A stretch of DNA of 64,000 bases from Eledone cirrhosa (lineage: Eukaryota): assembly GCA_964016885.1 (NCBI GenBank), contig OZ024756.1:17670001-17734000 (forward strand). Direction: 5' to 3'. Positions 27,610 through 42,059 of the stretch are shown in pieces. The position numbers and the translations under genes are program-made. Under the pieces are notes generated by a model. It was given only the letters and a program-made list of their open reading frames with translations, searched no databases and was not told the DNA's origin. The stretch's first letter is position 1, and each line of letters begins with the position of its first letter.

Positions 27610-27844
27610 TATATATTTTTTCTTTTTCTAAGAGATGTCAACATGAATGGAACTGTTATTTTTATCTAAAGACATTTTTCCAATTCCAACCCACCTGTTC
27701 CTTCAATCTATCTTATTTCTTGTTCTTTCTTCTGATGAAGGACTAGCATCCAAAACGTCAAGACCCTCTTCCTGCTATTTCTTTCATATACTGTACCGAT
27801 TGTGTTGTTATTTCTGGTTACCTTTTACATACATATATATATCT

Positions 27845-28065
27845 AGGGCGGGTAACATTCCCGAGATACATGGACGAATTCTCTCCAGCGGTCTCTGTCC
27901 TTCATCATCGCTGCCATGTCCTGTGTCTGTCCTTAGGGCATCAACATATGTCAACCTAGGTCTCCCTCTGTGTGTCCATGTTGGGGCTCCCATAGGAGCA
28001 CTAAGTGCAGTGTCAACTCTGAATGTTGGTGAGTATGTCCAGCTAACCTCAGCCTCCCCTGTGTT
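27845..28065 (-). mobile_element. RTE/RTE-X LINE 3' fragment
   Basis: RLRLAGH...VLLWEP...RGRPRLTYVDALRTDTG across a frameshift. Confidence 0.7.
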
Positions 28066-29009
28066 ACTTTCAAGCTGACTTTAATTAAAAAATTAATCAA
28101 GCATATTTGACTGACCTTTATATCTTTTTTCAATTAAAGGTTTTAATTTATGAGATTGCATCACATTAAAAACTGAAATCTTTACACTCTAATGCAGCGG
28201 ACCACTAAATTTATCATTTTAAATCCCACAGACCTCTAATATGAAATTTTTTTAAAAGATAAATACATTTGTAAAATAATGATCAGAGAACTTCCATTTT
28301 ATTAATGTGAAATGCACCTATTAAATCTAACAAAATTATAAATGCTTATTTAATTATAACTACCAAAATTAGATTAAACATGCCATGTTCGAGAATATCA
28401 GAATCATGCACCATACCACCTCTGGAATAAGCTCAAAGATTGCAAGTATTCGAGCATTTATTAACATTAAATTAAAAGTCAAATGATATATATATGCTTA
28501 TGTAATCATAACAAAATCTTTAACCCTTTAGCATTGAAACCGGCTATATCCAGCCAGAAATGTCTCACCTCTTTCTGTTCAAACCAGCTGTAACTGACCG
28601 TTCATACTGATGTTAAGGTAGTGTTCTCAAAATAAATAATTGTTTCTACTTTAGGCACAAGGCCAGCATTTACCCAGTGCATTACTGGTACTTTATTTTA
28701 TCGACCCCATAAGGATGAAAGGCAAAGTTAACCTTGACGGGATTTGAACTCAGATTGTAAAGGGACGTAACTATGCTCGAAAGCATGGCGTCCGACCCTC
28801 TACCGATACTGCCAATAAATAATATCAACATCTCATAGATTCGATATTATGTAAGATAAAGTGTTTACTACAAAAATACAATAGTATATATAGAGTAATG
28901 TGAATGCTAAAGGGTTAAAGTAAATAATGTCTAAATTTTTCTGTGGACAACCAAAATCTTTTCTCGGACCACCAGTTGGTGACTACTGCTCTAATGCACT
29001 GGGTATTTC

Positions 29010-31040
29010 AGGTCTTACAATATAGTCACTTTCATCAGTGTTGTATCCTGGAGTCACTGGGTGTTTCTGGTTTTACAACATAGTCACCCTCATCCAGATG
29101 TCACAACTACAGGACACATCATCATTGTTATATCCTAGAGTCACTGGATGTTTTGTAAGGTCTTACAACATAGTCACCTTCACCCAGGTAACACAACTAC
29201 AGGACATCATCAGTGTTGTATTCTAGAGTGACTGGATGTCTTGTAAGGTCTTACAACATAGTCACCTTCATCCAGGTGCCACAACTACAGGACATCATCA
29301 GTGTTGTATTCTGGAGTCACTGGATGTCTTGTAAGGTCTTACAGTATAGTCACCTTCATCCAGGTGCCACAACTACAGGACATCATCAGTGTTGTATTCT
29401 GGAGTCACTGGATGTCTTGTAAAGTCTTACAACATAGTCACCTTCATCCAGGTGCCACAACTACAGGACATCATCAGTGTTGTATTCTGGAGTCACTGGA
29501 TGTCTTGTAAGGTCTTACAACATAGTCACCTTCATCCAGGTGCCACAACTACAGGACATCATCAGTGTTGTATTTTGGAGTCACTGGATGTCTTGTAAGG
29601 TCTTACAACATAGTCACCTTCATCCAGGTGCCACAACTACAGGACATCATCAGTGTTGTATTTTGGAGTCACTGGATGTCTTGTAAGGTCTTACAACATA
29701 GTCACCTTCATCCAGGTGCCACAACTACAGGACATCATCAGTGTTGTATTTTGGAGTCACTGGATGTCTTGTAAGGTCTTACAACATAGTCACCTTCATC
29801 CAGGTGCCACAACTACAGGACATCATCAGTGTTGTATTCTGGAGTCACTGGATGTCTTGTAAGGTCTTACAACATAGTCACCTTCATCCAGGTGCCACAA
29901 CTACAGGACATCATCAGTGTTGTATTTTGGAGTCACTGGATGTCTTGTAAGGTCTTACAACATAGTCACCTTCATCCAGGTGCCACAACTACAGGACATC
30001 ATCAGTGTTGTATTCTGGAGTCACTGGATGTCTTGTAAGGTCTTACAACATAGTCACCTTCATCCAGGTGCCACAACTACAGGACATCATCAGTGTTGTA
30101 TTTTGGAGTCACTGGATGTCTTGTAAGGTCTTACAACATAGTCACCTTCATCCAGGTGCCACAACTACAGGACATCATCAGTGTTGTATTCTGGAGTCAC
30201 TGGATGTCTTGTAAGGTCTTACAACATAGTCACCTTCATCCACGTGCCACAACTACAGGACATCATCAGTGTTGTTATCTGGAGTCAGTGGATGTCTTGT
30301 AAGGTCTTACAGTATAGTCACCTTCATCCAGGTGCCACAACTACAGGACATCATCAGTGTTGTATTCTGGAGTCACTGGATGTCTTGTAAGGTCTTACAA
30401 CATAGTCACCTTCATCCAGGTGCCACAACTACAGGACATCATCAGTGTTGTTATCTGGAGTCACTGGATGTCTTGTAAGGTCTTACAACATAGTCACCTT
30501 CATCCAGGTGCCACAACTACAGGACATCATCAGTGTTGTTATCTGGAGTCACTGGATGTCTTGTAAGGTCTTACAACATAGTCACCTTCATCCAGGTGCC
30601 ACAACTACAGGACATCATCAGTGTTGTTATCTGGAGTCACTGGATGTCTTGTAAGGTCTTACAACATAGTCACCTTCATCCAGGTGCCACAACTACAGGA
30701 CATCATCAGTGTTGTTATCTGGAGTCACTGGATGTCTTGTAAGGTCTTACAACATAGTCACCTTCATCCAGGTGCCACAACTACAGGACATCATCAGTGT
30801 TGTTATCTGGAGTCACTGGATGTCTTGTAAGGTCTTACAACATAGTCACCTTCATCCAGGTGCCACAACTACAGGACATATCATCAATGTTGTATTCTAG
30901 AGTCACTTGGTATTTTGTAAGGTCTTACAACATAGTCACGTTCACCCAGGTGCTTACAATATAGTCACCTTCATCGGTGTTGTATCGTGGAGTCACAGAG
31001 TGTTTCAGGTCTTACAACATAGTCACCTTCATCCAGGCAC
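29010..31040. repeat. 88-bp tandem satellite, ~20 near-identical units plus degenerate flanks
   Basis: Unit TCTTACAACATAGTCACCTTCATCCAGGTGCCACAACTACAGGACATCATCAGTGTTGTATTCTGGAGTCACTGGATGTCTTGTAAGG; ORF-track starts recur every 88 nt. Confidence 0.97.
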
Positions 31041-31074
31041 CCACCCCCGCTGGTCAATTCTCTTTAGCCATTAG

Positions 31075-31780
31075 TGGCCACTTGAATTTGCTTGAGTGAA
31101 CACTTTAATTTACATGAGTGGACACTCGAATTTATACGAGTTGCCACTTAAATTTACATGAGTGACCACTCAAATTTACTTGATTGGCCATTCAAATTTA
31201 CATGAGTGACCACTCAAATTTACTTGATTGGCCACTCAAATATACTTGATTGGCCACTCAAATTTACATGAGTGACCACTCAAATTTACTTGATTGGCCA
31301 CTCAAATTTACATGAGAGGCCACTCAAATATACTTGATTGGCCACTCAAATTTACATGAGTGACCACTCAAATTTACTTGATTGGCCACTCAAATTTACA
31401 TGAGAGGCCACTCAAATATACTTGATATTGGCCACTCAAATTTACATGAGTGACCACTCAAATTTACATGAGAGGCCACTCAAATATACATGAGAGGTAA
31501 CTTAAATTTACATCCGCTCTCTTGCTCTGGAACCCTGACTCCAGCCTGACTAGGAGTAGGGAGCTGTCATTCCCTGACGTTATCTCTAGGGATACGGGGG
31601 AATAAGTAGACAGGACCTGGGGGCAGCGATGGGGGACAGGGAATTCTGGGGCATGAGAGTGAGATCCATCATCTCGACAGTAGTCGACGAATGATGATGA
31701 TGATGATGAAATTTACATGAGTGACCACTTGAATTTACATGAGTGGGCACTTTAATTTAAATGAGTCGCCACTCAAATTT
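31075..31780. repeat. 22-bp minisatellite (CCACTCAAATTTACATGAGTGA), interrupted by an RTE fragment
   Basis: Direct tandem repetition. Confidence 0.9.
31520..31708 (+). mobile_element. RTE-X-like 3' end inserted in the 22-bp minisatellite
   Basis: DVISRDTG...DLGAAMGDREFW followed by an (ATG)n tail; the minisatellite resumes at 31709. Confidence 0.6.
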
Positions 31781-31847
31781 GTGTCAGTGCGTGCGTTTAT
31801 ATACGTGTACTTGCATGTGTGTGAGTATGTGAGAGAGAAATGGAATG

Positions 31848-31886
<39 letters not shown>

Positions 31887-31996
31887 TGTATCTTTGGGCA
31901 TGAGAAAAAAAAGAGAGAAAGAGAGAAAGATTGCAGTGTAGTGTATGTACGTGTGTATGTGTCTGTGTGTTTGTGTGTGTATGCATATGTATGTGT

Positions 31997-32034
<38 letters not shown>

Positions 32035-32159
32035 ATAAATGTATGTGTGTAGAGAGGGCTGGGATATAGTGTATCTGTGCGTAAGAACTGGTATGTTTGT
32101 ATGGTGACAGTGATGATGATGATGAGTAAAAGGAGGAGGAGCAGATAATGAGCTTCACT

Positions 32160-32264
32160 GTTTTGCTACTACTACTACTACTGCTGCTACTACTACTACT
32201 ACTACTGCTACTGCTGCTACTACTACTGCTGCCGCTGCTACTACTACTACTGCTGCTGCCGCTG

Positions 32265-32311
<47 letters not shown>

Positions 32312-32339
32312 GTTGTTGTTGCTATTGTTGCTGCTGCTA

Positions 32340-32371
<32 letters not shown>

Positions 32372-32405
32372 ACTACTACTACTACTGCTACTGCTGCTGC
32401 TGCTG

Positions 32406-32443
<38 letters not shown>

Positions 32444-32552
32444 GCTGTTATTGTTGCTATTGTTGCTGCTGCTACTACTACTACTACTACTACTACTGCT
32501 GCTACTGCTGCTACTACTACTACTACTACTACTACTGCTACTGCTGCTGCCG

Positions 32553-32593
<41 letters not shown>

Positions 32594-33520
32594 GTTGTTG
32601 TTGCTATTGTTGCTGCAGCTAGTACTACTACTGCTACTGCTGCTGCAGTTGCTGCTACTGAACTCTTTGTTAGTAAGGTGGCTTGTGTTGAGGATGAAGG
32701 TACTTGTGGTGGTGGTGGTGGTGGTGGTGGTGGTGGTGGAGGTGGTGGGGGGGATAGTGGCGGTGAGTGATGGTGGTAGTGGTGGTGGTGGTAGTGGAGG
32801 GGGTGGTGATAGTGGTGATGGGTGATGATGGTGGTGGTGGTGGTGGTGGGTGATAATGGTGGTGGTGGTGGTGATGGTGGTGGTGGTAGTGGGGGGGGGG
32901 GGGTGATAATGGTGGTGGTGTTGGTGATGGTGGTGGTGGTGGTAGTGGTGGTGGTGGTAGTGGAGGGGGTGGTGATAGTGGTGATGGGTGATGATGGTGG
33001 TGGTGGTGGTAGTGGTAGTGGAGGGGGCGGTGATACTGGATGGTGGTGGTGGTGGTGGTGGGTGATAATGGTGGTGGTGGTGTTGGTGATGGTGGTGGTG
33101 GTAGTGGTGGTGATGGTGGTGGTTGTAGTGGTGGTGGTGGTAGTGGAGGGGTGGTGATAGTGGTGGTGGGTGATGATGGTGGTGGTGGTGGTAGTGGTGG
33201 TGGTGGTGGTAGTGGTAGTGGAGGGGGCGGTGATACTGGATGGTGGTGGTGGTGGTGGGTGATAATGGTGGTGGTGGTGGTGGTGGTAGTGGTGGTGATG
33301 GTGGTTGTAGTGGTGGTGGTAGAGGGGTGGTGATAGTGGTGGTGGTGGTGTTGGTGATGGTGGTGCTGGTGATAGTGGTGGTGATGGGGGTGGTGGTAGT
33401 GGTGGTGGTGATGGTGGTGGTGGTGGCCGTGTTGGTGAGTGGTGGTGGTAGTGGTGGTTGTGGTAGTGGTGGTGGTGGTGGTGGTGGTGGTAGTGTTGAT
33501 AGTTGTGGTGGTGGTGTGAG
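32160..33520. repeat. Compound trinucleotide block: (CTA/CTG)n followed by (GGT/GAT)n
   Basis: Pure triplet repeats with higher-order sub-duplications. Confidence 0.95.
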
Positions 33521-33847
33521 GGGCAATTGAACTTTTGGGCCCAAACTAGATATAGGTTTAAGAATTAAGACATATATGACATTAGGCAATAAAATCGAAC
33601 TTAAGTTATATACAATTAGTATTGATTATCTATTTTGTTCACTGATTGATTTACTGATTGATTTACTATTTTTGCACAAGCCAGTGGTAGATGAAGGGAT
33701 CAAGGGTTTTTATAAAGGTTTGAAGGGTTTCAAAGAACCTTGTCTTAGACTCGTCTATGTTGTATTGCACTTGGGACCGCTCTTAGCAGATTTCAATGTA
33801 ATATATGATATGCTACATAATTATATATATGTATATATATATATACA

Positions 33848-33905
<58 letters not shown>

Positions 33906-34464
33906 ATAATAAAAAATGTGAAGACTAAAAACCGAAGAGGGCTCGACAAGGATAATATATATATAAAAATATATAAAACCATAGAGCAAAAATTTATTAA
34001 AATAACATTAAAGTTGAAGCAAAGAATCGCTGCTTTCACCCTTAATGGAATCTTCTGAATGATCCCGTTAAGGCTGAAAGCAGCGATTCTTTGCTTAAAC
34101 TTTAATCTGTTATTTTAATATATATGTGTGTGTGTGTGTATGTGTGTGTGTATATATATATATATATGTGTGTGTATGTGTGTGTGTATGAGAGAAAAAA
34201 ATGAGGAAATTTCGTTTACATATAAAGTATTTATTGTGTATCGAACTGTTACGCGCGTCTTGCAGAGGATTGGCTCAAGGTAACCCATAGGAGTCATAGA
34301 CCCGACTCCAGTATTGATCTGCTCGTCAGACTGGTGATGTGACAAAAAAAATATTTTTGTTCATATGTAAACGAAACCTCGTTTTTTATTATTATATACA
34401 CGCTGCCTGTGCACAGAGTGTTTGATTTAGTACCATCACAATTAATTCAGTGTACTACCCTCAC

Positions 34465-34500
<36 letters not shown>

Positions 34501-35088
34501 ATATATATATTTAGAAACACACAGATACATGCGGACACACACATATACATGAATGCATCCACATCCAACCGTGAGTCAATGGTGCCAACCCTACCGATGT
34601 TGCTCAATGAATGACCGGGACAGACCAATCTGGTTGAACCAGACTGAACCAGTATCAGAGTTAAAAATACATTATGAAGAGAGAAGGAACATTTAGATAT
34701 AATTAGTAATAAAATGTATCATACCTAAACCGCTCCTAGATTCCTCGACTACGTAGTTTCGTGGCATAAACAAAAACAGTACATCATAAAGATATAGAGC
34801 CCTTGCGAGGTCTGCCGACTTATCAAGAGGATACCTCATGTTATAGCCTCAAGAACGCGTCTACACGACGTGAGAAAGAATCCCAAAAGGCGGAGGGGGA
34901 GATAGTCACGCGATATAACGGTCGAGAAACAGAGCTAAGCCTCTTATAACCTCGAAGAAAATACCACGGAGGCGGAGGGGGCATTTATATCGAAGCCGTA
35001 GAAGAGGTGGTAAAGGAGGCGAGAAGTATGAGTAATGGCAGCTTTCCAGCTTTCTTTGTTTTATTCATTATTTTTTTAATATTTTATA

Positions 35089-35146
<58 letters not shown>

Positions 35147-35321
35147 AAATAATGAATAAAACAAAGAAACAGTTCCTTATATTAAACAAAAAAAGTTCAT
35201 TATTTTACGATCGTTTCTAGGACATATATGTGTTAGAATTGGTATGCATATTCAAAAGATCTATGTACAAAATTATACAAAATTATACAAACTATCAAGG
35301 AGAACATACATACCATCACAG

Positions 35322-35468
35322 ATTATTTCTGAAGACAGCATATATATGTGATGGTATGTATATTCTCCTTGATAGTTTGTATAATTTTGTATAATTTTGT
35401 ACATAGATCTTTTGAATATGCATACCAATTCTAACACATATATGTCCTAGAAACGATCGTAAAATAAT
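35322..35468 (+). ncRNA. Type I hammerhead motif with a very long stem II
   Basis: ATTATTT-CTGAAGA-(114 nt)-GAA-ACGATCGT-A-AAATAAT. Confidence 0.55.
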
Positions 35469-36141
35469 GAACTTTTTTTGTTTAATATAAGGAACTGTTT
35501 CTTTGTTTTATTCATTATTTTTTTAATATTTTATCTTGACTCTGTATTCCGTTTATCTTTCACCGAAAGTGATTTTTGAATGCATCTCTTCTTTTCATGA
35601 TATCCGGATTACATTGAGTTCTTCATACGGATTGGACACTACCGTAAACTTTTGGTAGATTTATCTACATATATATATATATATATAAATCAGGAAAGAA
35701 GGTTGACATGGTTTGCTGCTATACAAAAAAGGTTTTTAATCTCATTGCTGACAATTGTTTCTCTGAACTGGTAGGTCTAGAGATCGCTATTCGCTTGTTT
35801 TCACGTTACTCGATCGCCAATACAAAATTATAACCAGTCAGTTGGCGATCGAGTAACGTGAAAACAAGCGAATAGAGATCTCTAGACCTACCAGTTCAGA
35901 GACACAATTGTCAGCAATGAGATTAAAAACCTTTTTTGTATAGCAAACCATGTCAATCTTCTTTCCTGATTTATTATTACTCCAAGTGTTTACAACATAG
36001 GAATTACAGCATACCCGCAGCATCACTATGAAAACGCCTTGTTGAGTCAAACCAAGCCAAGCGTTGATATCATCCACTACCTGGAATACCATAACTGGAC
36101 TACACCTAAGTGGACTGCATTTAACTATTATTTGTTACCCC

Positions 36142-36181
<40 letters not shown>

Positions 36182-36865
36182 AAAGGAAAAGAATGACTTC
36201 ACTTGTAGTTCTAAATAATTTGATTTAATTTTAATTTAATTTTATATTATAATATTGGTTTCTTATATTTTATAATATAATAATATTATGAGTTGGTAGA
36301 TACACACACACACATCTATATAAAGGGCAATTTCTATCTGTCTTTGTATCTGTGTATAGCCAGTTGGCGCCTACACCAGTGATCCGATCCTGATGAAACT
36401 TTACATACATGTTAAGCTAACATTCAGAAACAGGACTGGCTTATGGAACCCCTGGGGACATCTTTACAATGGAGAAGAAAGAGAAGACGTTTCAGTGACA
36501 GAGGGGGAAGAGGAGATACTATTACTGTATGTCAAACTCTCTCTCCCACTACTCCCCTTCCTCCTCCCACAACTCAGTCCTCTAAAAACGAGGCAACAAC
36601 TTATTAGAAATATACATAAAGAAATTTCAGACAAAGCAGACGACAATCTAATTTTGGTTGATGACTGAACAGATGTCTCTGTATATATATATATGTAAAT
36701 ACTCTATCGGGGCCACCGCAAAGAGGCCGCTTTCGGTTATTTGTCGGAAATTTCTTCATAGGAGCCTTTATTCTTATAGCTTGGGCTAATTGATTTTTTA
36801 TATGGTTAATTATGCTAATTGGGAGAGAAAATGGTATATATTTTATCTAATAATTCTATATATAC

Positions 36866-36934
<69 letters not shown>

Positions 36935-36939
36935 GTATA

Positions 36940-36988
<49 letters not shown>

Positions 36989-36999
36989 GTATATATATG

Positions 37000-37123
<124 letters not shown>

Positions 37124-37125
37124 TG

Positions 37126-37378
<253 letters not shown>

Positions 37379-37430
37379 AAATATATATATATATATGTAT
37401 AAATATATATATATATATATATATGTATAA

Positions 37431-37535
<105 letters not shown>

Positions 37536-37748
37536 TATATTTATACATATATATATATATATATGTAGGTGAGCTTTATTGTAGTACAATAAAGCAATGC
37601 AGATATCTGATAAGAAGCACTCTACAGTTTGTAGGACTGGAGTATACATAATATATAAGATCAAAAGATGGTTAAATATGTTGATTAAATATGTTGATTT
37701 AAAACTGCACTATCCACAAGTGTTTTTAACCTTCATATCATGTCTTCC

Positions 37749-37819
37749 TATTTTATCTGATGAAAACACAAATGTTATTGCATGATGATATTTGTTTTTG
37801 AAATGCGCATAATAAAATA
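37749..37819 (+). ncRNA. Type I hammerhead motif (second direct copy at 38461-38531)
   Basis: TATTTTAT-CTGATGA-stem II-GAA-ATGCGCAT-A-ATAAAATA. Confidence 0.75.
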
Positions 37820-37885
37820 CATAGAACTCATTTAACCATCTTTTGATCTTATATATTATATATATATATACATATATATATATTT

Positions 37886-37931
<46 letters not shown>

Positions 37932-37940
37932 TTATACATA

Positions 37941-37981
<41 letters not shown>

Positions 37982-37990
37982 TTATACATA

Positions 37991-38021
<31 letters not shown>

Positions 38022-38074
38022 TTATACATTTATACATATATATATATATATACATATATATATATTTATACATA

Positions 38075-38106
<32 letters not shown>

Positions 38107-38136
38107 CATATATATATATACATATATATATATTCA

Positions 38137-38228
<92 letters not shown>

Positions 38229-38277
38229 TATATACATATATATATATATACATATATATATACATATATATATACAG

Positions 38278-38403
<126 letters not shown>

Positions 38404-39014
38404 GTTGATTTAAGACTTCACTATTCACAAGTGTTTTTTAAGCTTCATATCATGTATCCCTATTTTATCTGATGAAAACGCAGATATCGTCCCATGATGA
38501 TGTTTGTTTTTGAAATGCGCAAAATAAAATACTTGGAACTCTTTTAACCATCTTTTGATCTTATATTATATATATATATATATATATCACAAATCATGTC
38601 TTTAGAATTATTAGATAAAATATATACCATTTCCTCTCCCAATTAGCATAATTAACCATATAAAAAATCAATTAGACCAAGCTATAAGAATAAAGGCTCC
38701 TATGAAGAAATTTCCGACAAATAACCGAAAGCGTATATATATATATATACATATATATACATATATTTATATATATATACATATATATATATATATACAT
38801 ATATATATAGATATATATATACATATATATATATACATATATATACATATATATATATATATACATATATATATACATATATATACATATATATATACAT
38901 ATATATACATATATATATATATATATACATATATATATACATATATATATACATATAGTCCAGAATTAGCCGTCGAAACGGCTTGAGCTCAGCTGTCGGG
39001 GTCTTACTGGTTCC

Positions 39015-39144
<130 letters not shown>

Positions 39145-39201
39145 CATATATATATACATATATATATATACATATATATATATATACATATATATATATA
39201 C

Positions 39202-39248
<47 letters not shown>

Positions 39249-39259
39249 CATATATATAC

Positions 39260-39290
<31 letters not shown>

Positions 39291-39314
39291 CATATATATA
39301 TACATATACATATA

Positions 39315-39965
39315 TAACTGCACCCCACGAGCTCATCAACAGCAGAGCTGAAACAGCGATAAATTGTACACATCGCTTAAAAATATCCTTCTTTAGATGA
39401 GTTAAGAATGAAGAGTGAAATAGTACACTGGATCTCCCTGCAACAAGTCTTAACACCCCGGAGGGCAGGCGCTGCAAAATAACACCCAGAAAACAATCCT
39501 TGCATACCAGACCCAGCCTCAGACAAACGGATGCGGCAAAAAAAAAAAAAAAAAAAAAAAAAAATTATCCAGGAAAGACTGCCCTAACACCGGCCAGAGT
39601 TACCTCCCTTGACCTGCTGCAAAATCAAAACAAGATATTTTTGCGAGCAATGAATCTTGATGTAGATTTAACCCCCAAAACTCTTTCCGAACTATATAAG
39701 GAACACTTGTGATTATTTATGCCCTTGAGAAGCCCAACTGGGCGAAACGTACGTAGGTGATATTTTAAATAAACATGTTTTAACGGTCTATTCTCCGATT
39801 TTTTACTTTCCCACGTGCTTACGCTCTGCTAACTCTCTAGCCCACTAAATATTAACACTTCGAATATTTAATACTGCCGGCACTAGTATCGAGCACCTTT
39901 GGCATACGCTACTTGGCAAATAACTATATGTATCACCTATCCCTCCTTTTTCTCTCTTTCTCGAT
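39315..39965 (+). mobile_element. Penelope-like element 3' remnant
   Basis: [18 protein letters not shown] resembles the LN.RSE....C.H C-terminus of PLE GIY-YIG proteins. Downstream is a hammerhead variant CCTTGAGAA-GCCCAACTGGGC-GAAACGTACGTA (39723-39755). Embedded in (TA)n. Confidence 0.55.
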
Positions 39966-39989
39966 ACGTAAATACTATATTACATATAC

Positions 39990-40040
<51 letters not shown>

Positions 40041-40051
40041 CATATATATAT

Positions 40052-40135
<84 letters not shown>

Positions 40136-40459
40136 ATATACATATATATATACGGATGTATATATAATGTATTTTGCAATACACTTTATGCTTAATTAAA
40201 AGCATTTTGAAGACCGTAAGCTATTGTTTTAAAGTAGTGACAAATTCACTCACTTTGATCTCAGCAAACAGGGGAGATAAGCCGACATGACATATTTCGC
40301 TTTTGTTGAAGCTTATCAAGGCCAACTACCCCGCCTGTCTACTGAGATCAATGATGTTATATTCTTATAGAAATCTAGTAAATAATCAGGAGCTGATTAC
40401 GCAGAGCGGTTGTTGGTCAGGCAGAAATTAAAAATTGCTATTTCAGAGCTCCAATTCTA

Positions 40460-40544
<85 letters not shown>

Positions 40545-40809
40545 CATATATATATACATATATATATACATATATATACATATACATATATATACATATA
40601 TACATATACATATATATATATACATATATATAAACATATATATATATATACATATATATATATACATATATATATACATATATATATATACATATATACA
40701 CATATACATATATATATACATATATATATATACATATATACACATATACATATATATATACATATATATATACATACATATACATATATATAAACATATA
40801 TATATATAC

Positions 40810-40856
<47 letters not shown>

Positions 40857-41040
40857 TATATCATCCCGCCCGTCCCATCAATCTATTTTATTTTTCATTC
40901 TTTCTCCTGGTGAAGGACTAGCGTCCGAAACGTTAAGACCCTCTTCCTGCTATATCAAGCGTTAACCCAATATATACCTTCCATATACTGTACCGATTGC
41001 GTTATTTCTGTTTACCTTTTACATACACACATATATATAT

Positions 41041-41071
<31 letters not shown>

Positions 41072-41149
41072 AATATATATATAAATATATATATACATAT
41101 ATATATATCGCATCCACTGATATGGTTTCTGAACACGTGCACACGCTTA

Positions 41150-41935
41150 GGTCAACTGCAGGAATCGGTGATAAGTTACAAAAATGTGTGATGATAAATG
41201 ACCTGGAAGTTGGCTTACCATGAGATTAGTCCGAAGAATAAAACCCAAATCATATGTTGACGAATATTCGTACTCCCGGCATGTTAATTATAACATGCCG
41301 TCTTTGAGAGTAGATTTTATTTTGTTGATATTTCGAGGTGTCGGATCGTGGGAAGATTAACACAAATTAAGAAGATGTAACTTCTCCCCCATTATTGACA
41401 CTTTGCAACAGTGAATGTTACAAGGCCCCCTTTAGGGCCAACACTTCTGATTGTTTCTCCGACTTATTATGGTATTTTTTTCTCGGGTTATGTCTACTAT
41501 AGGGGGGAAACGCGATGGTTTTATTGAATTGCTTCAGTCATTCGAAGGGCTTTACAAACGGTGATATAAAGGGTTCTTGAACAGTACCTGAATATGTTCA
41601 GTCGGTTATAATTTCTTCAATAATTGCGATGACTTCCTCAATTGTTCTGTGTTTGTTCTTGAGCGTTAAGGCAGCAAGTTTGCTATTCTTATACATAAGT
41701 TCGATACTCTTCGAGTTCAAACTTCCCCGGCTTATTCACTCTGAATGAAGAAAGCTGGACTTATGACTTAAACAGCTATTGATAGTTCCACACAAAAAAT
41801 TGATCTGCCATAAACACACCTAACAATTGCTATTGAAAATCCAGTATAGGCACCCAGGGTCGCTAGCATTTTCAAGCGCACTCTGGGAACTGCGAATAAC
41901 CCCACCTTTACCGGGTATTACCGAGTACTGCAGCT
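41150..41935 (-). mobile_element. Highly degenerate Neptune-like Penelope element fragment
   Basis: Frameshifted motifs YSQF.R.R..C (RT thumb), FPPIV...R.KN, a Cys-rich linker GPC...CCK, then LTC, in the expected order. Confidence 0.4.
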
Positions 41936-42023
41936 AGTATATATATATATATATACAAATATATACATATATATTAAACATTTATATTTGTTGAATTACA
42001 ACAAATTGAATATCCCTTCTGCT

Positions 42024-42059
<36 letters not shown>

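Noticed and set aside
29010-31040. 88-bp array as a CRISPR array or as repeated 69-aa peptides
   Set aside because: No unique spacers, no cas genes and a eukaryotic context; the ORFs are a by-product of the 88-nt period.
31784-33589. 601-aa Pro/Thr/His/Ser-rich ORF and the poly-Leu/Val ORFs on the opposite strand
   Set aside because: Open only because triplet and CA microsatellites lack stop codons; no domain content.
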